Assembly (NCBI RefSeq): GCF_020745735.1
Contig: NC_083449.1
Span: forward strand, 5,926,923 to 5,990,922
Direction of reading: 5' to 3'
Length of the DNA stretch: 64,000 bases
From: Hemiscyllium ocellatum
Taxonomy: Eukaryota
The notes below the pieces were generated by a model. The model made no database searches, was not told where the DNA came from, and saw nothing but the letters and a program-made list of their open reading frames with translations. A program made the translations under genes and the position numbers. Below, piece by piece: positions 26,609-40,424 of the stretch (positions are counted from its first letter, which is position 1; every line of letters starts with the position of its first letter).

Positions 26609-28045
26609 CTGAAGAAAGACAGAAGCGTAAGCTTCTGTAAATCACCATCAGCCAAGTTTGACCATCTTTAAATGATCAATGCAACATTCTGTTAATAATC
26701 ATGAGGATATTGTATTTAAAGACAGGAGTTCAAACAGAATGACATGTCTGATTCTACTCTTGCTCCATGTCTAGTGATTTTTCTTTTTGTTAATTCAATA
26801 CCAATTGAGTGAGGTCCAGAAACTAACCAATAATTGTACAGCTCCATGAATGGGACTATACAATGCAAGTGGGGCTGTGAATAGGAGTTTAATTATTGAA
26901 CTATGCATGTCAATTCCTACTTTGTGAATATCAACCACACTCTCACATTCTGTCCCTCTCAGCCTTGCTTAAATTACTATGCATTCAAATAGCAGTGACT
27001 CACAGTGACAGATTGATAGATCCATTGAAATTACATTGCACATAAGAGGGCCATTTGGCCGATTTTATCCATTTAAACCCAAAGACACTAAGTGGCCATT
27101 CTAATTCCATATTCCTGCTAACAGCACATAACCCTGCAGTTGAGACCACTGTCCATTTCTGCAATCTGAACTTTTTTCTCAATTTGTTCCTGCCAGTCGC
27201 TGTTTCATGGATATGTAAATATAGCTATCAATTTGGACCTATCAATTTTTTCTGTTTGAATACTTGAATGGAGTTATCCATCTCTACTTGTAAATGTCAA
27301 AATACAGTTATAAATATGTACTTGTCAGTCTCTACAATGTGAATGTGTGAGCAGCCTATCCCTGTCAGTTTCTGCTCTGTTAATCCGAGAGTGTCAGTAA
27401 TGGCCTGTCCCTGTCAGTTTCTGGTTTGTTGATAGATGCATTCATCTATCAACAAATACCTGTCAGTTTCAGTCAATGTGAATGTGAGTGCTGTTATCAA
27501 TCTGTGCCTGTCAGATTCTGATATGTGAATGTGACTGTCATTTTCAGTCTCTGTCTGTCAATTTTGTTCAGTGAACAAGAGATTGTCAATCAATGTGTTG
27601 CTGTCAGATGCAGCATTGAGAATGTGTGACTGTAGTTATCAATCTGTCCATGTCACTTTCTGCTATGTACATCCGTGTGTAGTTATCAATCTGTACCTAT
27701 CAGTTTCTGCTCTGTGTCTGTTGCTGTCTGTCTTTGTAATGTGAAAGTGAATTGATCAATCTTTCCTCATTAGTTTCTGTTCTCTGAATCAGAGTGTTGA
27801 GTTATGAATCAGTACCTGTCAGTTTTTGGCTTTTTGAATGTGTAAATGCATTTATCATTCTGCAAACTATCAGATTCTGCTTTGAGATTTTCTGAGAGCA
27901 TAGTTTTGATCTGTCCCTGTCATCCACAACTGTCAGTTTTTTCTGGCTGAATGTGTGTGTGAAATTGTCAGTCTATCCACAACCAATTCTGCTGTGTGAA
28001 ATATGAGAAATTCGGAAGCAACTCTTCCTGTCAGTCTCTGCAATG

Positions 28046-28352
28046 AGATTAGATTAGATTAGACTTACAGTGTGGAAACAGGCCCTTCGGCCCAACAAGT
28101 CCACACCGACCCGCCGAAGCGCAACCCACCCATACCCCTACATTTACCCCTACCTAATACTGCGGGCAATTTAGCATGGCCAATTCACCTGACCCACACA
28201 TCTTTGGACTGTGGGAGGAAACCGGAGCACCCGGAGGAAACCCACGCAGACACGGGGAGAACGTGCAAACTCCACACAGTCACTCGCCTGAGTCGGGAAT
28301 TGAACCAGGGTCTCAGGCGCTGTGAGGCAGCAGTGCTAACCACTGTGCCACC
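28046..28352 (-). mobile_element. HE1-type SINE
   Basis: Reverse complement of 61403-61717 with (GATTA)n. Confidence 0.9.
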
Positions 28353-28831
28353 CAAAATATGTGAATATGTGAGTGTATTTATCAATATTTTCCTGTCTTG
28401 GTGAGACAATGTTGTGATCAATACATTCTGCCCTGTGAATATTTGAGTTTCTGTACCAAATTATACAGCAGGAAATTTTCTCTCTATATATGGAGGTTTA
28501 GCAATCAGTTTCGTCAATGTGAATATGTGAGCACAGGTTTGAATCTATGCCTGTCTGTTTCTGCCAAGTCAATATGAGAGAGCAGTTTTCAATCTCTACC
28601 TGTCAGATTCTGTTGAAATTGAGTGTACTTATCAAACTGTATCTGAGAGTTTATGTTAAGTGAAAGTGGAAGCGTTGTTATCAAATTGTACCTGTGATTT
28701 TCTGTCACGTGACAAGGAGAGTGTAATTACCAATCTGTCCCTGTCAGTGTCTCCTCCATATATCCAAGGAAGTAATTAAATTATACCTACCAGTTTTTGC
28801 TATGTGAATGAGAGTGTACATATCAACAAAT

Positions 28832-29048
28832 CTGAAAATGTGTTGCTGGAAAAACGCAGCAGGTCAGGCAGCATCCAAGGAACAGGAAATTCGACGTTTC
28901 GGGCATAAGCCCTTCATCATAAGCCCTTCGGCTTATTCCCAAAACATTGAATTTCCTGTTCCTTGGATGCTGCCTGACCTGCTGCGCTTTTCCAGCAACA
29001 CATTTTCAGCTCTGATCTCCAGCATCTGCAGACCTCATTTTTTCCTCC
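28832..29048. mobile_element. Fold-back pLTR mini-element (family 1)
   Basis: Head-to-head pLTR copies; 15-bp TSD TACATATCAACAAAT at 28817-28831 and 29049-29063. Confidence 0.8.
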
Positions 29049-30256
29049 TACATATCAACAAATACCTGGCAGTATGAGCTATGAGAATGAGAGTGTTGCT
29101 GTCAGTACCTTTCAGTTTCTGTTATTTCAACATGTGAGCTTAGTTATCAATCTGTACCAGTCAGTTTCTGCTTGGTGAATATGTGAGTATATTTATCAAC
29201 CATTCCTTGTCAGTATCTGTGTTGTGAATATGTGAATGAGGTTATCAATTTGTAATTCTGTCAGTTTTCAACACGTGCATATGGAAATTCATCTGTCAGA
29301 TTCTGCTGTATGAATATGATCCAATTATTAATCTGTCTTTGCTTTGTGAACATCCAAATATAGTCATCAAAATGGACATGACTGTTTCCACTATGCAATT
29401 GTGCATGTATATTTCCCAACCTATCCATGAGTTTCTGCTGTCTGTCTATGAGTGTTGATATGAACATGTAGCTGTAATATCTGAATGCCTTTATCAAAAT
29501 GTATGTCAGTTTCTGTAACGTGAATGTTTGTGTCCAGTTATCAATTTATGACTGTAACTTTCTGCTCTGTGAACATGTAAGTGGTGGTTATCATCTGTAC
29601 CTGTTAGTTTATGGTACACGAATGAATGAGGGTAGTTGCAATCTGTTCCTGTCAGTTTGTGTTGTGAATGTGTCAGTGTAGTTATCAGTCTGTATCTGTC
29701 AATTTCTGTTAGGTCAATGAGATAGTGTAGTTCCCAATATGTACCTGTGAGATTCTGCTCTGTTATCTTTGAGTATAATTATCAAACTGTACATGACAGT
29801 GTGTTTTTCCCTCTGTGAACTTAAAAGTATAGTAATAAATCTTTACCTGTTAGGTTATGCTATGGGAAAGTTCTTGTCAGTTTCCGCTATGTGAGTGCAG
29901 TTATCCATCCGTGTCTGTCCGTTTCTGCTATCTGAATGTATGAGTGCAAGTATCAATCTGTGTGTCTCAGTTTCTGCTATGTCAATAAGCAAGTTTAGTT
30001 TTTGATCTATACCTGTCAGTTTCAGATATGTGAATGTATGAATGCAGTTATTAATATATCCCTGAATGTTTCTGCTTATAAAAAGGCAAATATATTCATT
30101 AAATCATACCTGTCATTTTCTGCAATATCAATGTGAAAATGTAGTTATCAATCTGTAACTATCAGTTTCTGTTCTGTGAACATACGAGTGTTGTAATCAA
30201 TCTGTACCAGTCAGTTTCTACAATGTGAACATTCTTGTATAATGTGGCACATTATA

Positions 30257-30590
30257 CGGCACAGTGACTTAGTGGTTGGCTCTGTTGCCTCACAGCGCCA
30301 GGGACCTGGATTCGATTCAAGCCTTGGGTGACTGCCTGCGTGGAGCTTGCACATTCTCCCAGTGTCTGTGTGGGTTTTCTCTGGGTGCCTCGGTTTCCTC
30401 CCACAGTCCAAAGGTGAATTGGCCATGCTAAATTGTCCATAGGGTTCAAGGATGTATGGGTTAAGTGCATTAGTCAGGAGTAAATGTAGAGTGATAAGGG
30501 AATGGCTCTGGTTGAGATAATCTTAAGAGGGTTGGTGTGGACTTGCTGGGCTGAAGGTCCTGTTTCAAAACTGTATGGATTCTAATTCTA
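30257..30590 (+). mobile_element. HE1-type SINE
   Basis: tRNA-like head and V-SINE core. Confidence 0.85.
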
Positions 30591-31354
30591 ACTAAAAGAC
30601 TACCCCTGAAAGTTTCTGCTAGATTAATTATTAATAACTAATCAATTTATATTTAATCTCTCCCAATCAGTTTCTGATTTGATAATGTATGAATGCATTT
30701 ATCAATCTGAATCTGCCATTCTTTGTCACATGAATATGTGAGTACAGCTACTATTCTTTGCCTGGAGACATAGGAGTGGAGGCTAGGAAACTTGGGGAAA
30801 TAAATATTGACATCGTGAAAACAGTCCACATGCCAAAAGAGGAAGTGCTAGAAACGTTAAAAAACTTAAAGGTGTCTCAAACTCTTGGACCTGATCAAGT
30901 ATATCCCATGATGTTGTAGGAAGCTGTATTAATGAATTGAATACATGATATTGTTTTCTCATATTGATATTGTGAGCTCAGTAATGATTCACTACTTGTC
31001 ACATATGGCTGCTGAAATTATGTAAAAACATGATGTCATTGTTTATCTGGTTTGTGACATTTAAAATGCCCATTTAAAATATAAACTGGATTTAGTACAC
31101 CGATCGCCTACTTTAGACAACCAATCAGCCTCAAAAATGCTGTGAATGGTAGTGGCCAGTTTCAATCATATTAATTGAAACTGGGAAGATGTCTATGGAG
31201 AATGCAGAGAAAAAAGAAATTTGTCTTTCCGCAGTTGTGTCTAACTGCCCATTTGTTTGGATATACCTCTGGAAATTGAGCTCAAACTAAGTCTCATTCA
31301 ATCTGCTTTGTGCCTGTGGAAAGGATGTTCTCTGTTTTGACAGTGGTAACATAC

Positions 31355-31436
31355 CTGCTGTTTGTTAGAAGCAGCTGGTCACACTTGACTTTGAACTGAG
31401 AAATTATGACATTGCCTTCGTCATTCAAATATTTGC
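31355..31436 (-). other. 82-nt repeated exon, copy 4 (acceptor AG changed to AA; an AG 1 nt inside would give 81 nt)
   Basis: Homologous body, donor CAG|gtatgt. Confidence 0.5.
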
Positions 31437-31919
31437 TTGGAGTAACACAGAAGATTTTTCACCTGTAAACCAATATAAGCAACGTTAGGCAAGATTAAAC
31501 TGATCAGTGTGGCAGTTAGTTAATAATCATTTGGGTATTTTTAAACCTAGCAATTCAAACAAAATCAGGTTTCAATTCCACTCTTTCCCTGAGTTGCTCT
31601 ACGTCTCCTTTTCTTTTATTTGCAACTTTGTGACAATTGGGCGAGACCCAGAACTAACATCTGTACACCTCCATGAATGGGAATCCCTGAAGCAGCTGCA
31701 ATGCTGACATACACCAAAAGCAAGATGCCAATACACTAAATGTTGAAAGAAAGAACAAGGGACGCTATGCCTAATGTTTTACTCGAAACTTCAAGTTTGT
31801 TCACTCTAATACGTGTCATTTAATAAGATTATCACAAAATTATGGTCTGTACTTCCATTCTTCACTGTCCAGTATCAAGAAACAGAAGCCAAACATTTAA
31901 TTCCCATCAGTGTATAGGG

Positions 31920-32297
31920 GATTATAAACCACAAGAATGTCCCACAGCAGCTTCTTCCCGCTCTATCTCCCTCAGCAGGCCCACACACAGCCCGAGAAAG
32001 GCCTCTCTCTTCCCCCCAGCCCGCTCACTCCAAGTTCCGGGACCAGTTCCTGCTCCGCTCGGCCTCTTACAAACAGCCCCCGGTTCTCCCTGAACTCACC
32101 CCGAATCAATCCGGGTCTCGGAGCCCCCTCTGTGTCCCAGGCTCCCATCCCGATGTGCTGCTGGAAGGAGCCTGCTGTTCCCTCGCTTCCCTGGGCGCTG
32201 ATCTCTCCATTGCGGTCTGTTTCAAACAAACCTCTTGCACTCACTGAGTAAATGCTCCTCAATGGCAGCGCTGGGGGAGGGCCTCACGCATGCGCTC
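31920..32297 (-). repeat. GC-rich promoter/first-exon module (NRF1-like site, splice donor)
   Basis: GCGCATGCGT on minus at 32295-32286, GCTGCCATTG, TTTGAA, donor G|GTGAGT at 32100/32099; near-identical inverted copy at 50800-51180. Confidence 0.65.
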
Positions 32298-32673
32298 TCC
32301 TCGTCACAAACGTTCAATTTCGGGAAAGGCGCAGTATCACGCATGCGTGTTTCAGGACGCAACAATAAGTTATTTACATGAAACCGACAGTGATAGCAGC
32401 AGTGCTAAACCCAGACCCAGTATTGGAGATTAGGATCAAAACACAAATATTACTTCCAAAAGAAAAGAAGAGACTAAATAAGCTTGGATTGTTTTCTCTT
32501 GAGCAGAGAAGACTGAATGGGGGCTCATGATTTTGCTGTAAAAGGTGTATGGACAGGGTGAATAAAGAGATGTTTCCCGTGTTTGAAGATTAATCACAAG
32601 TGAGATTGGGTTAGGATATGGTAAGAGTAAGGACTCTCGCTATGATGGAGTGTAAGGGGTAAAGATAAAGAGG

Positions 32674-33075
32674 AGAAAGTGAAGACTGCAGATGCTGGAG
32701 ATCAGAGCTGAAGAGGTGTTGCTGGATACTTCCGCCTAGGAACCCTCCAACCCAAGGGATGAACTCAGATTTCTTCAGTTTCCTCTGCCCCCACCTTGTC
32801 TCAGTCAAATCCCTCGAACTCAGCACCGCCTTCCTAACCTGCAATCTTCTTCCTGACCTCTCCGATCCCACCCCCACTCCCCCTATCACCCCCACCTTGA
32901 CCTCCTTCCACCTATCGCATTTCCAACGCCCCTCCCCCAAGTCCCTCCTCCCTACCTTTTATCCTGCTGGACACAATTTCCTCATTCCTGAGGAAGGGCT
33001 CATGCCCGAAACATCGATTCTCCCGCTCCTTGGCTGCTGCCTGACCTGCTGCGCTTTTCCAGCAACACATTTTCA
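32674..33075 (+). mobile_element. Penelope family-1 3' fragment with inverted pLTR piece
   Basis: Matches the 3' end of 41139-42549; 15-bp TSD GTAAAGAT(A/T)AGAGG-like at 32659-32673 and 33076-33090. Confidence 0.8.
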
Positions 33076-33224
33076 GTAAAGATATAGAGGTTATTATCTC
33101 AGAGTGTAGTTATTAATCTGTACATGTCAGTCTCTGGCTTATTACTGCATTTATCATTCGCCACATGTCAAGCTTTTGTAGTATATATATGAGAATCTAG
33201 TTATCAACCTGCAACTTTCATACA

Positions 33225-33955
33225 GCCTTTGATCCAACTGGTCCACTCTGACCAGATACCCTTGACTGACCAAATCTCATTTGCTAGCACTTGGCACATA
33301 TCCCTTTTTATCCTTCCTGTTCATTTACCCATCCAGGTTACTTTTAAATGTTGTAATTGTTCCCAACCTTCATCAATTCCTCTGGAAGCTCATTCCATAT
33401 GGGCATCACCCCCTGCATGAAAGTTGTCCCTAAGGTCATTTTAAATCTTTGCCCTCTCACCTTAAACCTATGCCCTCTATGCTCCCCCACTCGAGGAGAA
33501 AAAAAAACTTGGCTTTTCATTCTATCGATGTCTCTCATGATTTTATAAGCAGCTGTAAAAAACATTCTCAGCTTCCGATCCTCCACAGAAGAAAAAGCCC
33601 CTGCCTATTCAGCCTCTCCTGATAGTTCAAACCCTCTCGGCCTGGTAACATATCTGTCAATTTTTTTTGCACCCTCTTAAGATTAACAACATTTTTAAGA
33701 TAGCCGCGTGACCAGAATTGTATGCAGTCCGCTCAAAGTGCCCTAACCAATGTCCAGTGCAGTCCTAACATGATATCCCAGCTCTTAAACTCAAAATGCT
33801 TACCAAAGAAGGCAAGCATGCCAAATTCCTTATTACCACGATCTGTTATACCTGCCACTCCACTTTCAACCAGCTATTCATATGCACCTGTAGGTCTTAT
33901 TGTTTGGCAACACTCGCCAGGGTCCTACCATTAACTGTGTAAGTCCTGTCCTGTT
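33225..33955 (-). mobile_element. CR1/HER1-like 3' fragment
   Basis: RGHRFKVRGQRF, WNELPEE on minus strand. Confidence 0.75.
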
Positions 33956-34459
33956 TTGAGCAATGAGAATATATGTGTAACTATCATTCTCTCCCAGTCA
34001 GCCTCTGCAATGTGAATATGTGAGACCAGTTTAGTCAGTTTCTGCTGTGTGTCTGTGAAAGTGAAGTCCTTAATCTGTACGAACCACTTTCTACTCTTGC
34101 GTACCAATTTGGCTTCATTCTCTGGCAGCCACTAATATGCTCCATGACTGTGGTTTATTCCGTGAGAGAAGGAATGATATGTTTAATTAACATATCGGAA
34201 TGCTTTTGAAATGTGAAATAAAGAGATTAATTGCGGATTGCAGTTCTTGGTGCTTGTTTTTGTTTCTGTTGGTTCGTCAGGTCCAGAAAAAATAAGTAGA
34301 AAGAAACAAATGCGGTTCGGTAAATGAATGAGCGAGAGATTGTCTGAAATATACAGTTGTCACCTCATTAACAGGTATTGGTGGATTCTCCTCTGAACAA
34401 CGTCCTCCTTTCTTATACGTCATTCTTTTAAGCAACATATACTGCGTTACTTGTGAATC

Positions 34460-34505
34460 GGTGGGCTTTTCAAATTGGAAAGAAAGCTGTTTATGATTTG
34501 GCGCT
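34460..34505 (-). promoter_or_regulatory. Composite motif copy C (no adjacent histone gene)
   Basis: Minus strand AGCGCCAAATCATAAACAGCTTTCTTTCCAATTTGAAAAGCCCACC. Confidence 0.5.
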
Positions 34506-34576
34506 GACTTTGAGAGAAAAGAACGGGCCCTCTCTTCTCTTGGGCATATTAAACACCAGTGACTTTTTTTCTTTGC

Positions 34577-34850
34577 TTAGATTAGATTACTTACAGTGTG
34601 GAAACAAGCCCTTCGGCCCAACAAGTCCACACCGACCCGCCGAAGCGCAACCCACCGAAGCGCAACCCACCCCCCTACATTTACCCCTTCACCGAACACT
34701 ACGGGCAATTTAGCATGGCCAATTCACCTAACCTACACATTTTTGGACTGTGGGAGGAAACTCACGCAGGCACGGGGAGAATATGCAAACTCCACACAGT
34801 CAGTCGCCTGAGGCGGCCAGGTCTCTCACTGCTGTGAGGCAGCAGTGCCA
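34577..34850 (-). mobile_element. HE1-type SINE with internal deletions
   Basis: Core and tail match the other copies; internal 15-bp duplication ccgaagcgcaaccca. Confidence 0.85.
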
Positions 34851-35519
34851 AGCCCTTTTCTGCTATTTGCTCAAGTTAGTCTCTGTTTGATTATTGCCGG
34901 AGCTACAAGCTCCGGTTGGGGTGTAAGCCCTGAGTTTCATCATTGGGAAACAAAGTAAGTTCCCCTTTTCTTACAGACCCACGGGTAGATACACTACACA
35001 CGGATTTCTCAACTTACAAAACTCCGCGGGGTTCTGTTGGGTTGCAGAATGTTGTAAATGGGGCTTTCTGCTTCGGTTAGAAGCCTTCAAAATGAACCGA
35101 GATCAAACCACAACAGTTGCCGGACTGGAATAGTTAATGTGGAGCTTTTGCAATAAGGGAGCACGATATTAAAATAGTACCTAAAGGCAGTGTTCGTTAT
35201 TAATGCGCTCACGGCGAAGAATGTTCATGAAATCCTGACAGGGCTGAATGAAGGCATTCGGCCCATCGAGTCTGAACCTCCCCTCCAAAGAGCATCTCGC
35301 ATCCTTCAAATAACTCATGTGTTCACTTCTCCTAAAGAGAGACTGTGTGAGCTGTACTTTTATAATCTAAAAGCAAATTAACGATGAAGTACGAAAGCAT
35401 TATTTTCTATAAAACTCCCTTCCCTAATCTACGTCTCGGCGGGATGTCCAAATCTGAAGGAAAACGGTTGATGATTTCCCGCCTGCCTTCTCAGCAACGA
35501 TGATAGAGTAGTCATGATT

Positions 35520-35722
35520 TGGAGATGCCGGTGTTGGACTGGGGTGTACAAAGTTAAAAATCACACAACACCAGGATATAGTCCAACAGGTTTAATTGAA
35601 AGCACTAGCTTTCCGAGCGCGGCTCCTTCATGACAACCACCTGATGAAGGGGCGTCGCTCCGAAAGTTAGTGCTTCCAATTAAACCTGTTGGACTATAAC
35701 CTGATGTTGTGTGATTTTTAAC
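35520..35722. mobile_element. Fold-back pLTR mini-element (family 2)
   Basis: AAAATCACACAACACCAGG...CCTGATGTTGTGTGATTTT long imperfect palindrome; similar copies at ~11714-11890 and ~47084-47265. Confidence 0.75.
35638..35672 (+). ncRNA. Minimal hammerhead ribozyme motif, family-2 pLTR
   Basis: CAC-CTGATGA-A-GGGGC GTC GCTCC-GAAAG-TTA-GTG: stem I CAC/GTG; other copies have the CTA triplet. Confidence 0.65.
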
Positions 35723-35969
35723 AATGAACATATAGTTACAGCTGGTGGGAACTCCAAGGGAGACAATTCGGAGAGATGGTATTTAATCCGGAATACTCGA
35801 CTACCTTAATATATGATGTACAAATTACATTGCAGTATGTATTCTTTTCATTGCCGCTGAATGGGAATAACTCCCCAGCTATGCATTACTCACTTGTATT
35901 TAATATGCTCGCTTTCGCTCTCGGAATAAAATTTAAAAATCACACAACACCAGGTTATAGCCCAACAGA

Positions 35970-38900
35970 TTATAGCAGATGAACTAACGACACAGATCAT
36001 AGTGAATGATTATGATGTGGTAGGCATCACGGAGACGCGGTTACGGCGGGGGGGGGGGGGGGGGGGGCGGGGGTTGGGCGTCAGGACTGACAGTCAAACC
36101 TCCAAGGATTTTCAACTTATCGAAAAGACAGGGAGGTGGGCAGAAAGGTTGGGGTTGCCTTGTTAGTTAAGAACAAAATTAAATCAATGGCACTGAATGA
36201 CATAGCGTCAGATGATGTGGCGTCTGTGTGGGTGGAATTGAGGAACCACAAAGGCAAAAAAACCATAATGGGAGTTATGTACAGACCGCCTAACAGTGGT
36301 CAGGACCAGGGACGCAACATGTACCAGGAAATAGAGAAGGCATGTCGGAAAGGCAAGGTCACAGTGATCATGGGAGACTTCAATATGCAGGTGGACTGGG
36401 TGCATAATGTTGCCAGTGGATCCAAAGAAAGGGAATTCATGGAATGCTTACAGGATAGCTTTTTGGAACAGCTTGTCATGGAGCCCACAAGGGACCAGGC
36501 TATTCTGGACCTAGTGCTTTGTAATGAAACAGATTTTTTAAAAAAATCTTAAAGTAAGGGAAACCTTAGGAAGCAGCGATCATAACATGGTAGAATTCAC
36601 TCTGCAGTTTGAAAGAGAGAAGGCAAAATCGGATGTGATGGTGTTACAGTTAAATAAAGATAATTATGAGGGCATGAGAGAGGAACTGACAAAAATAGAC
36701 TGCAAGCAGAGCCTAGCGGGGAAGACAGTAGAGCAAAAATGGCAGGGGTTTGTGGGTATAATTGAGGACACTGTACAGAGGTTCATCCCCAAGAAAAGAA
36801 AGATTATCAGGGGAGGGATTAGACAGCCATGGCTGACAAAGGAAGTCAGGAAATGTATTAAAGAAAAAGAGAGATCCTACAAAGTGACCAAGAGCATTGG
36901 GAAATCAGAAGATTGGGAAGGCTACAAAAGCAAACAGAGGATAACAAAGAGCGAAATAAGAAAGGAGAGAATCAAATATGAAGGTAGGCTAGCCAGTAAT
37001 ATTAGAAATGATAGTAAAAGTTTCTTTCAATACATAAGAAACAAACGACAGGCAAAAGTAGACATTGGGCCACTTCAAACTGATGGTGGAAGCCTAGTGA
37101 TGGGAGATAAGGAAATAGCAGGAGAACCTAACAAGTACTTTGCATCAGTCTTTACAGTGGAAAACATGAATAATATCCCAACAATTAAAGGGAGTCAGGG
37201 GGCTGAGTTGAGTATGGTTGCCATTACAAAAGAGAAAGTGTGAGAAAGGTTAAAAGGTCTTAAAATTGATAAATCTCCTGGCCCTGATGGGATACACCCT
37301 GATGGGATACACCCGACTCAGGCGACTGACTGTGTGGAGTTTGCACGTTCTCCCCGTGTCTGCGTGGGTTTCCTCCGGGTGCTCCGGTTTCCTCCCACAG
37401 TCCAAAGATGTGCGGGTCAGGTGAATTGGCTATGCTAAATTGCCCGTAGTGTTAGGTAAGGGGTAAATGTAGGGGTATGGGTGTGTTGCGGGTCGGTGTG
37501 GACTTGTTGGGCCGAAGGGCCTGTTTCCGCACTCTAATCTAATCTAATCTAAGTTCTGAGAGAGGTGGCTGAGGAAATAGTGGAGGCATTGGTTGAGATC
37601 TTTCAAAAGTCACTGGAGTCAGGGGAAGTCTCAGATGATTGGAAGATCGCTGTTGTAACCCCCTAGTTCAAGAAAGGATCAAGACAAAAGATGGAAAATT
37701 ATAGGCCAATTAGCCTAACCTTGGTTGTTGGTAAAATTCTAGAATCCATCATTAAGGATGAAGTTACTAAATTCTTGGAAGAGCAGAGTCTGATTAGAAC
37801 AAGTCAACATGGATTTAGTGAGGGGATGTCGTGTCTGACAACCTTTTTGGAAATCTTTGAAGAGGTGACAAGTAGGTTAGACCAGGGAAACCCAGTGAAT
37901 GTGGTCTATCTAGACTTCCAAAAGGCCTTTGATAAGGTGCCACACGGGAGGCTGCTGAACAAGGTGAGGGCCCATGGTGTTCGAGGTGAGCTACTGGTAT
38001 GGATTGAGGATTGGCTGTCTGACAGAAGGCAGAGAGTTGGGATAAAAGGTTTGTTTCAGAATGGCAGCCGGTGACAAGCGGTGTCCCACAGGGTTCAGTG
38101 TTGGGGCCGCAGCTGTCCACATTATATATTAATGATCAGGATGAAGGGACTTCTAGTGAAGTTTGCCGATGATACGAATTTAGGTGGACAGGCAAGTAGT
38201 ACTGAGGAAGTAGGGAGGCTGCAGAAGGATCTAGACAGTTTGGGAGAGTGGTCCAGGAAATGGCTGATGGAATTCAACATGAGCAAATGCAAAGTCTTGC
38301 ACTTTGGAAAAAAGAATAAAAGCATAGGCTACTTTGTAAACAGTGAGAAAATTCATAAAGCCAAAGTACAAAGGGATCTGGGAGTGCTAGTCGAGGATTC
38401 TCTAAAGGTAAACATGCAGGTTGAGTCTGTGATTAAGAAAGCGAATGCAATGTTGTCATTTATCTCAAGAGGGTTGGAATATAAAAGCACCGTTGTGCTA
38501 CTGAGACTTTATGAAGCTCTGGTTAGGCCCCATTTGGAGTACTGTGTCCAGTTTTGGTCCCCACACCTCAGGAAGGACATACTGACACTGGAACGTGTCC
38601 AGTGGAGATTCACATGGATGATCCCTGGAATGGTAAGTCTAACATACGAGAAATGGCTGAGAATCCTGGGATTGTATTCATTGGAGTTTAGAAGATTAAG
38701 GGGAGACTTAATAGAAACTTACAAGATAATACATGGTTTGGAAAGGGTGATGCTAGGAAATTGTTTCCGTTAGGCGAGGAGACTAAGACCCGTGGACACA
38801 GCCTTAAAATTAGAGAGGGTCAATTCAGAACAGAAATGCGGAGACATTTCTTCAGCCAGAGAGTGCTGGGCCTGTGGAATTCATTGCTGCAGAGTGCCGT

Positions 38901-39083
38901 GGAGGTCGGGACGCTAAATGTCTTCAAGGCAGAGATTGATAGATTCTTACTGTCACGAGGAATTAAGGACTACAGGGAGAATGCTGGTAATTGAAGTTGA
39001 AATGCCCATCAGCCATGATTGAATGGTGGAGTGGACTCGATGGGCCGAATGGCCTTACTTCCACTCCTATGTCTTATGGTTTT
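35970..39083 (+). mobile_element. CR1-clade LINE, nearly full ORF2 (APE endonuclease + RT), disrupted
   Basis: ORF pieces with VGITET, YRPPNS, MGDFN, NYRPISLT, YLDFQKAFDKVPH, KFADDT, VRPHLEYCVQFW; 3' tail ending cctatgtcttatggt. Confidence 0.92.
37317..37552 (+). mobile_element. 5'-truncated HE1-type SINE inserted into CR1 ORF2
   Basis: Interrupts PGPDGIHP|RVLREVA; (CTAAT)n tail. Confidence 0.88.
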
Positions 39084-40424
39084 AGGTTTAATTGGAAACA
39101 CACTAGCTTTTGGAGCGATGCTCCTTCATCAGGTGATTGTGGAGGGCTTGATTGTAACAACGAATTTATAGCAAAAAATTGCAGTGTGATAAAACTGAAA
39201 TTATACTATGAAAAATTGATTGTCTGTTAAGTCTTTCATCTGTCAGAATACAGTGATAGTTTCACTTCTTTCATGTGTAAATCACAAACCCCCTTTTTTT
39301 AAAAGTTGCATTCTCGGATTAGCTGTTAACAATGGTGATAGCTAGATAATATGTTGAAGATGTTAGCCCTCTGTGTTCTCTATCTATGACCAGATGTTTA
39401 GATTGTTATCTCACTTTTTAGATTAGAATCAGTGTTTTACTTAAATTCATGCAGTTTTTGAGCTCAGAGTTCTACCTTGTACTCATGTGACTCAGCCAAC
39501 TTTGTCTATCTTATACATTGCAGGCAAGGATGCCCGGAGGCATGGACATTGGGGAAACCAAGCAAAGGCTATGACAACGGATGAGTTGGCACCACACAAC
39601 AATCAACAGACAGGAGGGTTCCCTCCTAGTTGGGAACACTTCAGTGGTCCAGGACATTCAGCCTCGGACCTTCGGGTGACCATCCTCCAAGGCAGACTTC
39701 AGGACAGGCAGCAGTGAAAAGTGGTTGAGCAGAGGCTGTTCGGTAAGAGCTAAGTTCGGTACCCATAGGGAGGGCCTCAACTTGGACCTTGGGTTCATGT
39801 CACATTACAGGTGATCACCATTGCACTATACACACACACACAGACACAGGTACACACAGACTTGCACACAGACTCCCATATACACCCTTTTAGACACTCA
39901 CATGCACCCCCTCACAGACTTAAGACACTGCATCCACTACACACACACTTTCTCACACTCACAACCTCAGGCACACATATTTTGTGGGGTGCATTTGTAC
40001 TTACAGAGTTACATTGCACTTTGCTCAAAAACTGCATACATTCATGTAGAACTCTGAGCTCAAAAACTGCATGAATTTATGTAAAACTCTTATCTCCCTT
40101 TTTAGATTAGAATCAATCTGAACATCAGGTCATAGACAGAGAACACAAGGGGTTAACACCTTCAACATATTGTCTAGCTATCACCATTGTTAACAGCTAA
40201 CCCGAGAATGCAACTTTAAAAAAAAGTTTTGTGATTTACACATGAAAGAAGTGAAACTATCACTGTATTCTAACAGATGAAAAGCTTAACAGACAATCAG
40301 TTATTCAATGTATAATTTCAGTTTTTGCTATAAATTAGTTGTTCCGATCGAGCCCTCCACAATTACCTGATGAAGGAGCGTCGCTCCGAAAGGTAGTGTG
40401 CTTCCAATTAAACCTGTTGGACTA

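Larger units (their letters stand above)
25320..30740 (+). repeat. Main 47-49-bp minisatellite domain (25320-26060 and 27170-30740), interrupted by SINEs, a pLTR element and exon copy 3
   Basis: Dozens of cctgtcagtttctg / gttatcaatctg units at ~47-49-nt spacing. Confidence 0.85.

Noticed and set aside
25320-30740. CRISPR-like or protein-coding repeat array
   Set aside because: Eukaryotic DNA; units are degenerate tandem copies without unique spacers, and all frames contain frequent stops.
36048-36067. Poly-G run as a functional G-quadruplex
   Set aside because: Homopolymer expansion inside a dead CR1 ORF2; may also be a sequencing artefact.
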